DNA of 41,630 nt from Myxococcota bacterium (GTDB lineage: Bacteria; Myxococcota; XYA12-FULL-58-9; JALHOP01): contig JBGGMJ010000150.1 of assembly GCA_041288095.1 (NCBI GenBank), positions 1 through 41,630 of the forward strand, written 5' to 3'. The notes beneath the pieces are model-generated. The model did not search any database, had not been told where the DNA came from, and saw only the letters and a program-made list of their open reading frames with translations. How positions within the stretch are numbered: position 1 is the stretch's first letter; every line of letters starts with the position of its first letter. The position numbers and the translations under genes were made by a program. Of the stretch, positions 1 to 7,471 are shown piece after piece.

Positions 1-536
1 GCGACGCCGCCCTCCGGCGCGCGCGCGGTGGCCGCCGTCATGAACCGCGAGACGTCGCCGTCGCTCGGCACGAAATAGTCGCAGCCGTCACCCGCGACCG
101 TTTCGATGTGGCCACTTCGATCCACGGTATGCTCGGGATGGCTGGCCAGGGTGGCGAGCGTGTCGTCGTCGCTATGCAGGGCGCGGGTCCCGGCGCTCCA
201 CAACAAGCAAGCGTTTCGGTTGGCACCCGTGGACACCGCCTGGCGCTCGGGATTGAAGAGCAAAAGCGCCAGTAGGTCGGGTGACACCGCCGTGGCGCGT
301 CGCAGGACGCGAGCCAGGGCCACCTTCTCTCCGAGGCCGATGTAGTGCGCCCCAGACGAGGCCGCGACCTTGGCGACGTCGTCTTGCTCGGCGGCGTTCC
401 GGGCGGAGTGGAAAACCGCGACCGGGATGCGATGCCCATGCGCCGCGAAATCTCGCGTGAATGAGAGCAAAGCGCGACGCAGGGCCTCGGGGCGGTGCCC
501 AGTGGGAATGGCAAGCAGGGTCGGCGTCGTGCTCAT
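1..536 (-). CDS. Glycosyltransferase-like (GT-A fold) hypothetical protein, partial (runs off the left edge)
   Basis: Not in the ORF track. Manual translation from the ATG at 536 gives MSTTPTLLAIPTGHRPEALRRALLSF...STGANRNACLLWSAGTRALHSDDDT, open to the window edge. The IPT..R, GANRN and xDDD pattern resembles GT2-type motifs. Starts 3 bp after the FkbH gene stop. Confidence 0.6.
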   Translation of the reverse strand, partial: MSTTPTLLAIPTGHRPEALRRALLSFTRDFAAHGHRIPVAVFHSARNAAEQDDVAKVAASSGAHYIGLGEKVALARVLRRATAVSPDLLALLLFNPERQAVSTGANRNACLLWSAGTRALHSDDDTLATLASHPEHTVDRSGHIETVAGDGCDYFVPSDGDVSRFMTAATARAPEGGV

Positions 537-539
537 GCG

Positions 540-2498
540 TCAGAGGTCCGCGTGCAGCTCGCGCATGTAGGCGTCGACGAAAGCGTCGTCTATGTCCGCC
601 GTCGCGGCCACCAACGGTGCCGTGGCCTTGCGCGCCCGCGCGGCGAGCTCGAGGAAGTGGCCGACGTCGGCGCGATAAAGGATCTCGCCGACCGGTAGGG
701 CAAGACCCAACCGCCCGCGCAACCGGGCGAGGATGCGCATCATGCGCAGGGAGTCGGCGCCGAGAGCGTAGAGGTTGTCCTCGCGTTTTACCGGGCGCCC
801 CATGACGTCGCCGATCACCGCCAAGACGCCGTCGTCGCCGGCCGCTAGTGGCTCGCTATCACCGATGGTCTCGACCGAGAGGTTCAACGCGCCGGCGAGC
901 TCGAGCTGCGAGAGCGTGAGCGCGGCAACCGCGCCCCAGTCAGGTGCGCGCGCGGTGGTACCGCGAGGAGCCGCCTGCTCGGTCTCATTCGTGATCTCGA
1001 AGAAACGCGGCGCCGGTCCGATATTGCGTACATCGAGCTCACAGGCGAGAGCCTCGGTCTGGTGCGGCTGCGCTCCGTTCGCTCGTGCCACGGCGTCGAG
1101 GAAGCGCTGCGCCGGCAAGTTGCGGGGTAAGCGCTCGCACGAGAGCGCGAGCTGCTCCGCTCCTTGCTCGCGTGCCAAGCGCACCACGGCATCGAACACG
1201 TCGGCTTCGACACCGCGGCCGAGGACGCGGCAGCTCAGCAGCCAGCGCTCGAGCTGGAGCACCGCGCCGCGTCGCTTCAAGAAGAGGGCGCCGCTAGCGC
1301 CGTAGTCGCCGAAGCGGTCGCGAACGTTCAGAGACCACACCTCGCCGGCCGCGACCCGCGCGACCACCTCTTCGGGAGAAGGCCGACTCGCCGCCGTGTT
1401 GAACTGGTTGGTGCGCTGCGCCAGCTCGAAGACCCGCGTGGCCTCGTCGTCGCGGCAGAGTCGGACCTCCGTGCGCACCGCGAGGCTGCGAACGTGCTCG
1501 GAGTACGACGGCGCCGCACGCTGCGCTTGCCGGCGCTGGGCCTCTTCCTGGTAGAGCCGCGTGCGCGCTTCGCCCAGGGCTCCCGTGCGTTCACGGGTAT
1601 CGAGCAGCCAGGCCGCCGCCAGCGCGCGCGCCGGCTCGAACGCGGCCCGCATCAGCACGGCGACCTCGGGCAGGGCGCTCGCGACCTCGGCACACTCCGC
1701 TGGGCTGTCGTCGATGAAGACGAAGGCATCGAGCCCCAGCGACAGCTCGGCGGCGAGCTCACGCAGAGCCTGCGACTTGGGCTGCCAGCTCACCTTGGCG
1801 GCGACGAAGTCGGAGCGCGACAGCCCCAGGTCATCGCGCTGGGCAAAGACCGCCTCGACGTCCTCGGCGACGTTCTTGCTCACCAGCGCGAGCAATCGAC
1901 CCGCGCGTTTCTGCTCGCGCAGGAACGCATGCAGGGCCGTCTCGGCTGGCCCGACGATGACGCCGTGCGGGCCAGCTTCGGCGCAAAGGCCTTGCCAGAG
2001 GGTGCCGTCGCAATCGATGGCGAGCACCTTGGGCTCGGGCGCGAGGCGAGCATAGGCGCGGCGAAAGACGGCGGTGGCGAGAGCGAGATAGGCGCGCTCG
2101 TGAAAGGGCAGGCCCGCGAGGCGCAATCCCTCGGCATCGAGCGGTCGCGCGATGTCCGCCGCAGCGAACACAGCGGCCCCGTCGAGCAGGTCGCACTGAG
2201 CACCGGCGGGCGGCACGAGAGGCGGTGCATCGAGCGACGGCAGCATCACGAGTAGCGGCGGGCTCGCTGACCCCGACAGCGCCACGGGTACGCCCGCGAC
2301 GAATGCCTCCGCCGCTGCCTTCGCGTCGAGCATGATGACCCGCAGCTCATCGGTCGCGACGGGAGACGTTAGGCCCCAGGTCAACGCTTCCGGCCGCTGC
2401 ACCTCGATGGCGGAGAACAGCGGCACCCGCGCGTTCCAGTGTGCAAGCGCTCTCGGCAGCGAAGCGGGCTCGAAGGAGCAAAAGACGGCCATTCGCAT
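540..2498 (-). CDS. FkbH-like HAD-IIIC glyceryl transferase/phosphatase fused to a C-terminal acyl carrier domain
   Basis: HAD motif DCDGTLW, SKN, FIDDSPAEC, RTNQFN, DRFGDYG and LLSCRVLGRGVE (FkbH signatures). C-terminal LYALGADSL is a phosphopantetheine site. Start ATG 2498 or 2492 is uncertain. Confidence 0.88.
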   Translation of the reverse strand: MRMAVFCSFEPASLPRALAHWNARVPLFSAIEVQRPEALTWGLTSPVATDELRVIMLDAKAAAEAFVAGVPVALSGSASPPLLVMLPSLDAPPLVPPAGAQCDLLDGAAVFAAADIARPLDAEGLRLAGLPFHERAYLALATAVFRRAYARLAPEPKVLAIDCDGTLWQGLCAEAGPHGVIVGPAETALHAFLREQKRAGRLLALVSKNVAEDVEAVFAQRDDLGLSRSDFVAAKVSWQPKSQALRELAAELSLGLDAFVFIDDSPAECAEVASALPEVAVLMRAAFEPARALAAAWLLDTRERTGALGEARTRLYQEEAQRRQAQRAAPSYSEHVRSLAVRTEVRLCRDDEATRVFELAQRTNQFNTAASRPSPEEVVARVAAGEVWSLNVRDRFGDYGASGALFLKRRGAVLQLERWLLSCRVLGRGVEADVFDAVVRLAREQGAEQLALSCERLPRNLPAQRFLDAVARANGAQPHQTEALACELDVRNIGPAPRFFEITNETEQAAPRGTTARAPDWGAVAALTLSQLELAGALNLSVETIGDSEPLAAGDDGVLAVIGDVMGRPVKREDNLYALGADSLRMMRILARLRGRLGLALPVGEILYRADVGHFLELAARARKATAPLVAATADIDDAFVDAYMRELHADL

Positions 2499-2573
2499 GT
2501 GCTGAAAACCCCTGGCATTAAAGCACACATCGCGGCGAGCGACGATAGACTCGGGGCCTGGCGCGGCTAGCGC

Positions 2574-2602
2574 TTGCCAGAGCGGGTCGGAAGCGCTACT
2601 CC
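2574..2602 (+). promoter_or_regulatory. Putative sigma70 promoter of the tRNA
   Basis: TTGCCA-N17-TACTCC, ending 11 nt upstream of the tRNA. Confidence 0.5.
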
Positions 2603-2613
2603 AACAGTCGGTT

Positions 2614-2689
2614 GCGGGCGTAGCTCAGTTGGTAGAGCATCAGCTTCCCAAGCTGAGGGTCGAGGGTTCGAGCCCCTTTGCCCGCTCCA
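2614..2689 (+). tRNA. tRNA-Gly (CCC)
   Basis: 76 nt. Acceptor stem GCGGGCG/TGCCCGC, D arm TAGCTCAGTTGGTAGAGC, anticodon arm TCAGC-TTCCCAA-GCTGA, T loop GGTTCGAG, discriminator U and encoded CCA. Confidence 0.98.
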
Positions 2690-2690
2690 T

Positions 2691-2949
2691 TTTTTCCCGC
2701 ACGCGTTGGATCGCGTGTGGCGAGCGTGTGTCCGCTCGGCGGGAGAAAACGGTTTCTTACCGCGCCGCAGGGCGGCGCTAAGGTTGGGTTCCGCAACGGC
2801 AACGCGGAACCCAACGCCGGTGGCGGCGCCGCATCGATGCGGCGGCGTTGCGGCTACGAGGCGGTTCGGGTGGCGGGTCACGCCACCCTCACTTGCGGTT
2901 GGAAACTTCGGTCGATGCCTGACGCGGACTCGCTTTTGCCCGCTTCATT
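2691..2949. repeat. Cluster of inverted repeats ending in a degenerate direct repeat of the tRNA 3' end
   Basis: Stems at 2697-2720, 2721-2738, 2762-2778, 2783-2815 (perfect 12 bp), 2827-2844 (18-bp palindrome) and 2868-2888. TTTGCCCGCTtCATT at 2935-2949 matches 2677-2691 at 14/15. Confidence 0.65.
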
Positions 2950-2973
2950 CCAGCCTGACACTGCTTGGTTTCG

Positions 2974-3000
2974 GCAACATCATCGCCCATCTGCCGATGC
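2974..3000 (+). promoter_or_regulatory. Putative sigma28/FliA-like promoter
   Basis: GCAA-N15-GCCGATGC versus consensus TAAA-N15-GCCGATAA. A hairpin GGGGCGCTC/GAGCGTTCC follows at the expected transcript 5' end. Confidence 0.5.
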
Positions 3001-3039
3001 CGTTAGGGGCGCTCCTTTCCGAGCGTTCCCACCAACCCC

Positions 3040-4083
3040 ATGTCAGTCATCGAAACGAACGTGCTCCCACGGGCGTCCGTGGGTATTTCGCGTCCCGTCG
3101 CGGACCTCCCGGGCACCGGTGCGCTCAGCGTCGCGCGCCTCGTGACCGGCGATGATGACGGCATCGAGCCGCGTCGACCGCGCACGGTGCCGCGGCCTGC
3201 CCAGTGGGTTGGACCGACCGCTCCCGCGCTCTTGCCCATGATGCCCCGGGTGGCGAGCGCCTTCGCGCAGAGCCGCGAGACCCTCGAAGCGCTCAAGCGC
3301 GACCCGGCGAGCGAAGAGCGCTACTGGCGCGCCATCGGTGAGATCGCCGCCGACATTCGCGCCAAGCGCGACGATCGGGTCCCCTACGTGCGGGAAATTC
3401 TCGAGGGCCTGCGCGATCCCGAGTCCCACGACGGTCGTGGTGAGATCGCCGGCGACGTCTACCAGCGCATCGAGCCGGCAACGGCCGCCACTCCCGAGGG
3501 CGATCGTGAAGGCCGCCTCACCGACGAGGAGAAGCGGCTTCTAGGCGCTCGGCCGGCCGAGCTCCCGCCGGCGGCGGTGCCCAGCGTTGGGGGCCCGACC
3601 TGGTCGCGGTCGCTCGCGTCGTTCAACAACGTACGCATCGACGTCGAGCTGCCGCGCGGCGCTTCTGATTACATGGGCTACAAGCCTTTCCGCTACGGCA
3701 CGGCCCGGACCATCGAGACGCTCAAGCGGATTGCCCAACGCCACCGCGAGCAGAGCGGCCTCATGCTGCGCGTGGGCGACATCGCCAAGCAAGGCGGCGG
3801 ACGGATCCCGGATCACTCGTCGCACCGCGACGGGAAGATCTTCGACCTCGACTTGGCCTTCAACGATGGCCGCGTCACCGCCGAGCCCGACCGCGATAGC
3901 GTCAACGCGACGTGGCGCAGCCCCGCCTACGACCGCGCCGCCACGCGTAAGCTCATCAAGATCATCAAGGCGATCCGGCCAGAGGCGCAGATCCTGTTCA
4001 ATGATCCGGTCCTGGTCAGCGAGGGTCTGGTCCGCTCATTTCCGAATCACGACAACCATATGCACGTGCAGCGGCTGAGCTGA
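3040..4083 (+). CDS. MepA-like (penicillin-insensitive murein endopeptidase/LAS) domain protein with a long N-terminal extension and no signal peptide
   Basis: The C-terminal domain has YGT, RVGDIA..GGG, HSSHRDG..FD and HDNHMHV Zn-binding motifs. Confidence 0.75.
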   Translation: MSVIETNVLPRASVGISRPVADLPGTGALSVARLVTGDDDGIEPRRPRTVPRPAQWVGPTAPALLPMMPRVASAFAQSRETLEALKRDPASEERYWRAIGEIAADIRAKRDDRVPYVREILEGLRDPESHDGRGEIAGDVYQRIEPATAATPEGDREGRLTDEEKRLLGARPAELPPAAVPSVGGPTWSRSLASFNNVRIDVELPRGASDYMGYKPFRYGTARTIETLKRIAQRHREQSGLMLRVGDIAKQGGGRIPDHSSHRDGKIFDLDLAFNDGRVTAEPDRDSVNATWRSPAYDRAATRKLIKIIKAIRPEAQILFNDPVLVSEGLVRSFPNHDNHMHVQRLS

Positions 4084-4088
4084 GTCTT

Positions 4089-4156
4089 CGATAAGTTTCG
4101 CTTATCGCAACGATTGACCCTAATCATTTTACTTTATTGCTGGCGGAGCCTAGTTC
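4089..4156 (+). promoter_or_regulatory. LysR-type T-N11-A palindrome plus a putative sigma70 promoter of pvcA
   Basis: CGATAAG-N5-CTTATCG (4089-4107), an AT-rich spacer, then TTTACT-N17-TAGTTC (4128-4156). Confidence 0.6.
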
Positions 4157-4209
4157 AGGCGCTGCCTGAGGATGCCACCACGCCCCAGGCGAATGACCTG
4201 GAGCCGCCG

Positions 4210-5214
4210 ATGTACACCGATTTCTCCGCTGCGACCGTCGAGACCCACAGCACGCTTTTCGCCGCTCCCAAGCGCTCCGCTCGAGCGGTCGCCTTGGAGA
4301 TCCTGGGCCTCGTCCTGCCGCACCGCCGCATCGCCGCGGAGAGCGAGCCTTGCGAGCTGGGCTTGTGCGAGAAGTGCGCTGGTCCGCACTTGAGTCGCGT
4401 CATCGCCTCGGTGGAGCTCGGCGAGCCGGTCGTGTTCGTTCTGCCGGCGTTTCCTGGCAAGTCGCCGAACCCGTCGAAGGTCTTGAGCGCGCGGGCGGAC
4501 ATGGCCGAACGGCAGTCGCTCGCTTTCTTGAACGAGCTCTGCCGCCGTGTGCAAGCGGTGTACGCGCCTGGCGCGCGCATGGTGCTTTGCTCCGATGGTC
4601 GCGTCTTCAGTGACGTCGTTGGCATCGACGAGAGCGACATCACCACCTACCAGCGCGACCTCTCGGCCCTGATCGCCGACCTCGGCGCGACCGCGCTCTC
4701 GACCTTCAACCTCGACGACGTCTTCACTGATTGCTCGTTCGATGCCATGCGCGCCCGCCTCATGGCGAGCCACGGTCAACCGCTCGAGGCCCTGCAAGCC
4801 GCTGTCCGCGAAGGCGGTGAGCCCAAGCGCATGTACTGCGGCATCACGCGCTTCCTCTTCGAGGACGGTTTGCGACCGGACATGACGATGAGCAAGACCG
4901 CGCTGCAGAAGGATTGCCGCCGGCGCGCCTACGAAGTGGTTCAGCGCAGCAAGGCCTGGGACGGGCTCCTCGCGACCTGCTTTCCGGACGCGGTGCGTCT
5001 GTCGATTCACCCCCAGGTGTGCGGCAGCCGCAAGCTGGGCATCCATCTCATGGAGACGATGGACGGCTGGCTCACCCCGTGGCACGGCGTCGCGGTCGAG
5101 GTCGATGGCAGCTTCGTGCTAAGGAAGCGCCGCGAAGTCGAAGAGGCGGGCGCGACGCTCGTCTTCGCCAACGGAAGGCCAAGCCACTACGTCATGCAAG
5201 GTGCCGCGTCATGA
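4210..5214 (+). CDS. pvcA: Isonitrile (isocyanide) synthase, PvcA/Dit1/IsnA family
   Basis: FVLPAFPGKSPN..KV, CSDGRVFSD, RSKAW, VRLSIHPQ..S.KLGI and TPWHG motifs. GGAG precedes ATG 4210. Confidence 0.93.
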   Translation: MYTDFSAATVETHSTLFAAPKRSARAVALEILGLVLPHRRIAAESEPCELGLCEKCAGPHLSRVIASVELGEPVVFVLPAFPGKSPNPSKVLSARADMAERQSLAFLNELCRRVQAVYAPGARMVLCSDGRVFSDVVGIDESDITTYQRDLSALIADLGATALSTFNLDDVFTDCSFDAMRARLMASHGQPLEALQAAVREGGEPKRMYCGITRFLFEDGLRPDMTMSKTALQKDCRRRAYEVVQRSKAWDGLLATCFPDAVRLSIHPQVCGSRKLGIHLMETMDGWLTPWHGVAVEVDGSFVLRKRREVEEAGATLVFANGRPSHYVMQGAAS

Positions 5215-6038
5215 TTCTCAGCGACCTCAATCCGTTTGGTGTGCTGGTCGAGCCGTCCGCGGCCACGAATGTCCTCGATTTGCCCATTGAGAGGCTCCGT
5301 GCCCTGGCTCGCGAGCATCATCTGCTCGTCCTGCGGGGCTTCACCACCTTCGGTACCGCCGACGCTTTCGCGGACTACTGCGGCCGCTGGGGCGAGGTGA
5401 GCCTGTGGCCGTTCGGCAAAGTGCTCGAGCTGGTCGAGCAGGAGACGCCGGAGGATCACATCTTCGACAACAACTACGTGCCGCTCCACTGGGATGGCAT
5501 GTATCGCGAGCAGGTCCCCGAGTTTCAGATGTTCCACTGCGTCAGCGCGCCGGCGGGCAACCAGGGCGGCCGCACCACCTTTTCGAACACCGTCAGCGCG
5601 CTCGAGCGAGCCGCGCCCCGCGCTCGTGCCCTCTGGGACAAGGTGACCGGCGTCTATCGCCGCAAGATGGAGTACTACGACAGCAAGACCATCGCGCCGG
5701 TGGTAACAGAGCATCCCGCGCGCGGCTTCTCCGTCATTCGTTATAACGAGCCACCCGTCGAGGGTGACGAGACCTTCGTCAACCACCCGACGCTCGCCTT
5801 CGAGGGTGTCGCCGAGACCGAAGCGCGCGAGTTTCACCGAGGCCTGCGCGAGGCGCTCTACGCGCCGGAGAGCTTCTACGCCCATTCCTGGCAAACGGGT
5901 GACATCGTCGTCTCGGACAACTATACGCTGTTGCATGGCCGCGAGGCTTTCACGCCGGGCGCGCCACGGCACCTGCGGCGGGTGCACGTCCTCGGCGATC
6001 CGCCGCTCGCCAATCCGCATCTGGTCGCCCAAGGATGA
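5211..6038 (+). CDS. pvcB: Fe(II)/2-oxoglutarate dioxygenase, TauD/PvcB family
   Basis: HWD...H facial triad (PLHWDGMY; DNYTLLHGRE) and GGRTTF. ATGA overlap with pvcA. Confidence 0.9.
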   Translation: MILSDLNPFGVLVEPSAATNVLDLPIERLRALAREHHLLVLRGFTTFGTADAFADYCGRWGEVSLWPFGKVLELVEQETPEDHIFDNNYVPLHWDGMYREQVPEFQMFHCVSAPAGNQGGRTTFSNTVSALERAAPRARALWDKVTGVYRRKMEYYDSKTIAPVVTEHPARGFSVIRYNEPPVEGDETFVNHPTLAFEGVAETEAREFHRGLREALYAPESFYAHSWQTGDIVVSDNYTLLHGREAFTPGAPRHLRRVHVLGDPPLANPHLVAQG

Positions 6039-7471
6039 GGACGCTGGAGACCGACGTCGTCATCGTCGGCGCCGGGCCGGTAGGTCTACTCTGCGCCTAC
6101 CTGGGACGACTCCGGGGCTTACAGACGGTCATCGTCGATAAGTCGTCGGCGCCCCTCCAAGTCGGACGCGCGGACGCACTGAACGCCCGCACCTTGCAGC
6201 TGCTCGAGGTCGTCGACCTGTTCGCGGAGCTCCATCCCTTGGGTAAGCCCTGCAACACCAGCTCCGTTTGGGCGGACGGCAAGTTCGTCTCGCGCCAGTC
6301 GTCGTGGTGGGACGCGCTGCAAGGCTGCTTTCACAAGCACTTTCTCATGCTCGGGCAGTCATTCGTGGAACAGCTCCTCGATACGAAGCTCACGGAGCAG
6401 GGCGCGGCGGTCCGCCGCGAAACCTCGGTCGCCAATATCGAAGTCACAGACGACGGTTGTCTCACGACGCTGTCGACGGGTGAGACGCTGAAGAGCAAGT
6501 TCGTGATCGGCGCCGACGGCTCGCGCTCCTTCGTGCGCGAGCTCTTCGAGGTCGGGTTCGAGGTCACGCGGCCTCAAATCATCTGGGCGGTGGTGGACGG
6601 AGTCATCGCCACCGACTTCGCGAAGGTGCCGGAGATCATCGTCTTCCAGGCCGATACTTCCGACGTCGCCTGGATACCGCGTGAAGGAAACATCGACCGC
6701 TTCTACATCCGGATGGACACCAAGGACTTCACGTTCGAAGAGGTGCTGGCGAAGATCAATCGGGCCATGCAGCCGCACACGCTGCGCTTCGAGGAAGTCA
6801 CCTGGTTCTCGCACTTCTCGGTGAAGGAATCCGTGGCCGAGCGTTACTCGGTGCGGGACCGCGTCTTCTTGGCCGGTGACGCCTGCCACATCCACTCGGT
6901 GAACGGCGGACAGGGCCTGAACACGGGCTTAGCCGACGCGTTCAATCTCATGTGGAAGCTCGACATGGTGCTCGAGCACGGCGCCCCCGTCGAGCTCGCG
7001 CGCAGCTATGAAGAAGAGCGCAAGCCGGTCGCCATGAGCGTCATCGCCACGTCGGGTGAGCTTACGCGCTCGACCAAGTACTCCAAGGAGGGCACCCACG
7101 CCGAAGACTACGTGAAGATCGTCGAGCGGCGCGCCGGCAACATCACGGGCATGGGTATCCGCTATGGCGAGCATCCGCTGCACGGCCAGCGCTTGCTCGA
7201 CTTCGCGGTCGGCGACGAGCGCATCTACTCGCGGCTCGACTACCGCTGCTTCACCTTGCTCGTGTTCGGCGACGCCAAGCCTACCTTCGACCCGCCGGCG
7301 TTCGTGAAGGTGATGACGATCCGCGACGCGAAGAGCTGCCCTTACGCCGACCAAGTGCTGCTCGTGCGCCCCGATTCTTACATCGCGGCGTCGTCTTCGC
7401 TCACCGACATGGCGCCGATCGCGGCTTACCTCGCCGGGGTCGCTTCGTCCCGCGCCCGCACGTCGAAGTAA
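6035..7471 (+). CDS. FAD-dependent aromatic monooxygenase (PheA/TfdB-like)
   Basis: GAGPVG, GADGSRS, LAGDACHIHSVNGGQGLNTG and LVRPD motifs. ATGA overlap with pvcB. Confidence 0.9.
   Translation: MRTLETDVVIVGAGPVGLLCAYLGRLRGLQTVIVDKSSAPLQVGRADALNARTLQLLEVVDLFAELHPLGKPCNTSSVWADGKFVSRQSSWWDALQGCFHKHFLMLGQSFVEQLLDTKLTEQGAAVRRETSVANIEVTDDGCLTTLSTGETLKSKFVIGADGSRSFVRELFEVGFEVTRPQIIWAVVDGVIATDFAKVPEIIVFQADTSDVAWIPREGNIDRFYIRMDTKDFTFEEVLAKINRAMQPHTLRFEEVTWFSHFSVKESVAERYSVRDRVFLAGDACHIHSVNGGQGLNTGLADAFNLMWKLDMVLEHGAPVELARSYEEERKPVAMSVIATSGELTRSTKYSKEGTHAEDYVKIVERRAGNITGMGIRYGEHPLHGQRLLDFAVGDERIYSRLDYRCFTLLVFGDAKPTFDPPAFVKVMTIRDAKSCPYADQVLLVRPDSYIAASSSLTDMAPIAAYLAGVASSRARTSK

Noticed and set aside
2574..3155. 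193-aa and 155-aa ORFs across the tRNA region
   Set aside because: They overlap a clear tRNA and hairpin-rich DNA and have no SD or protein-like features.
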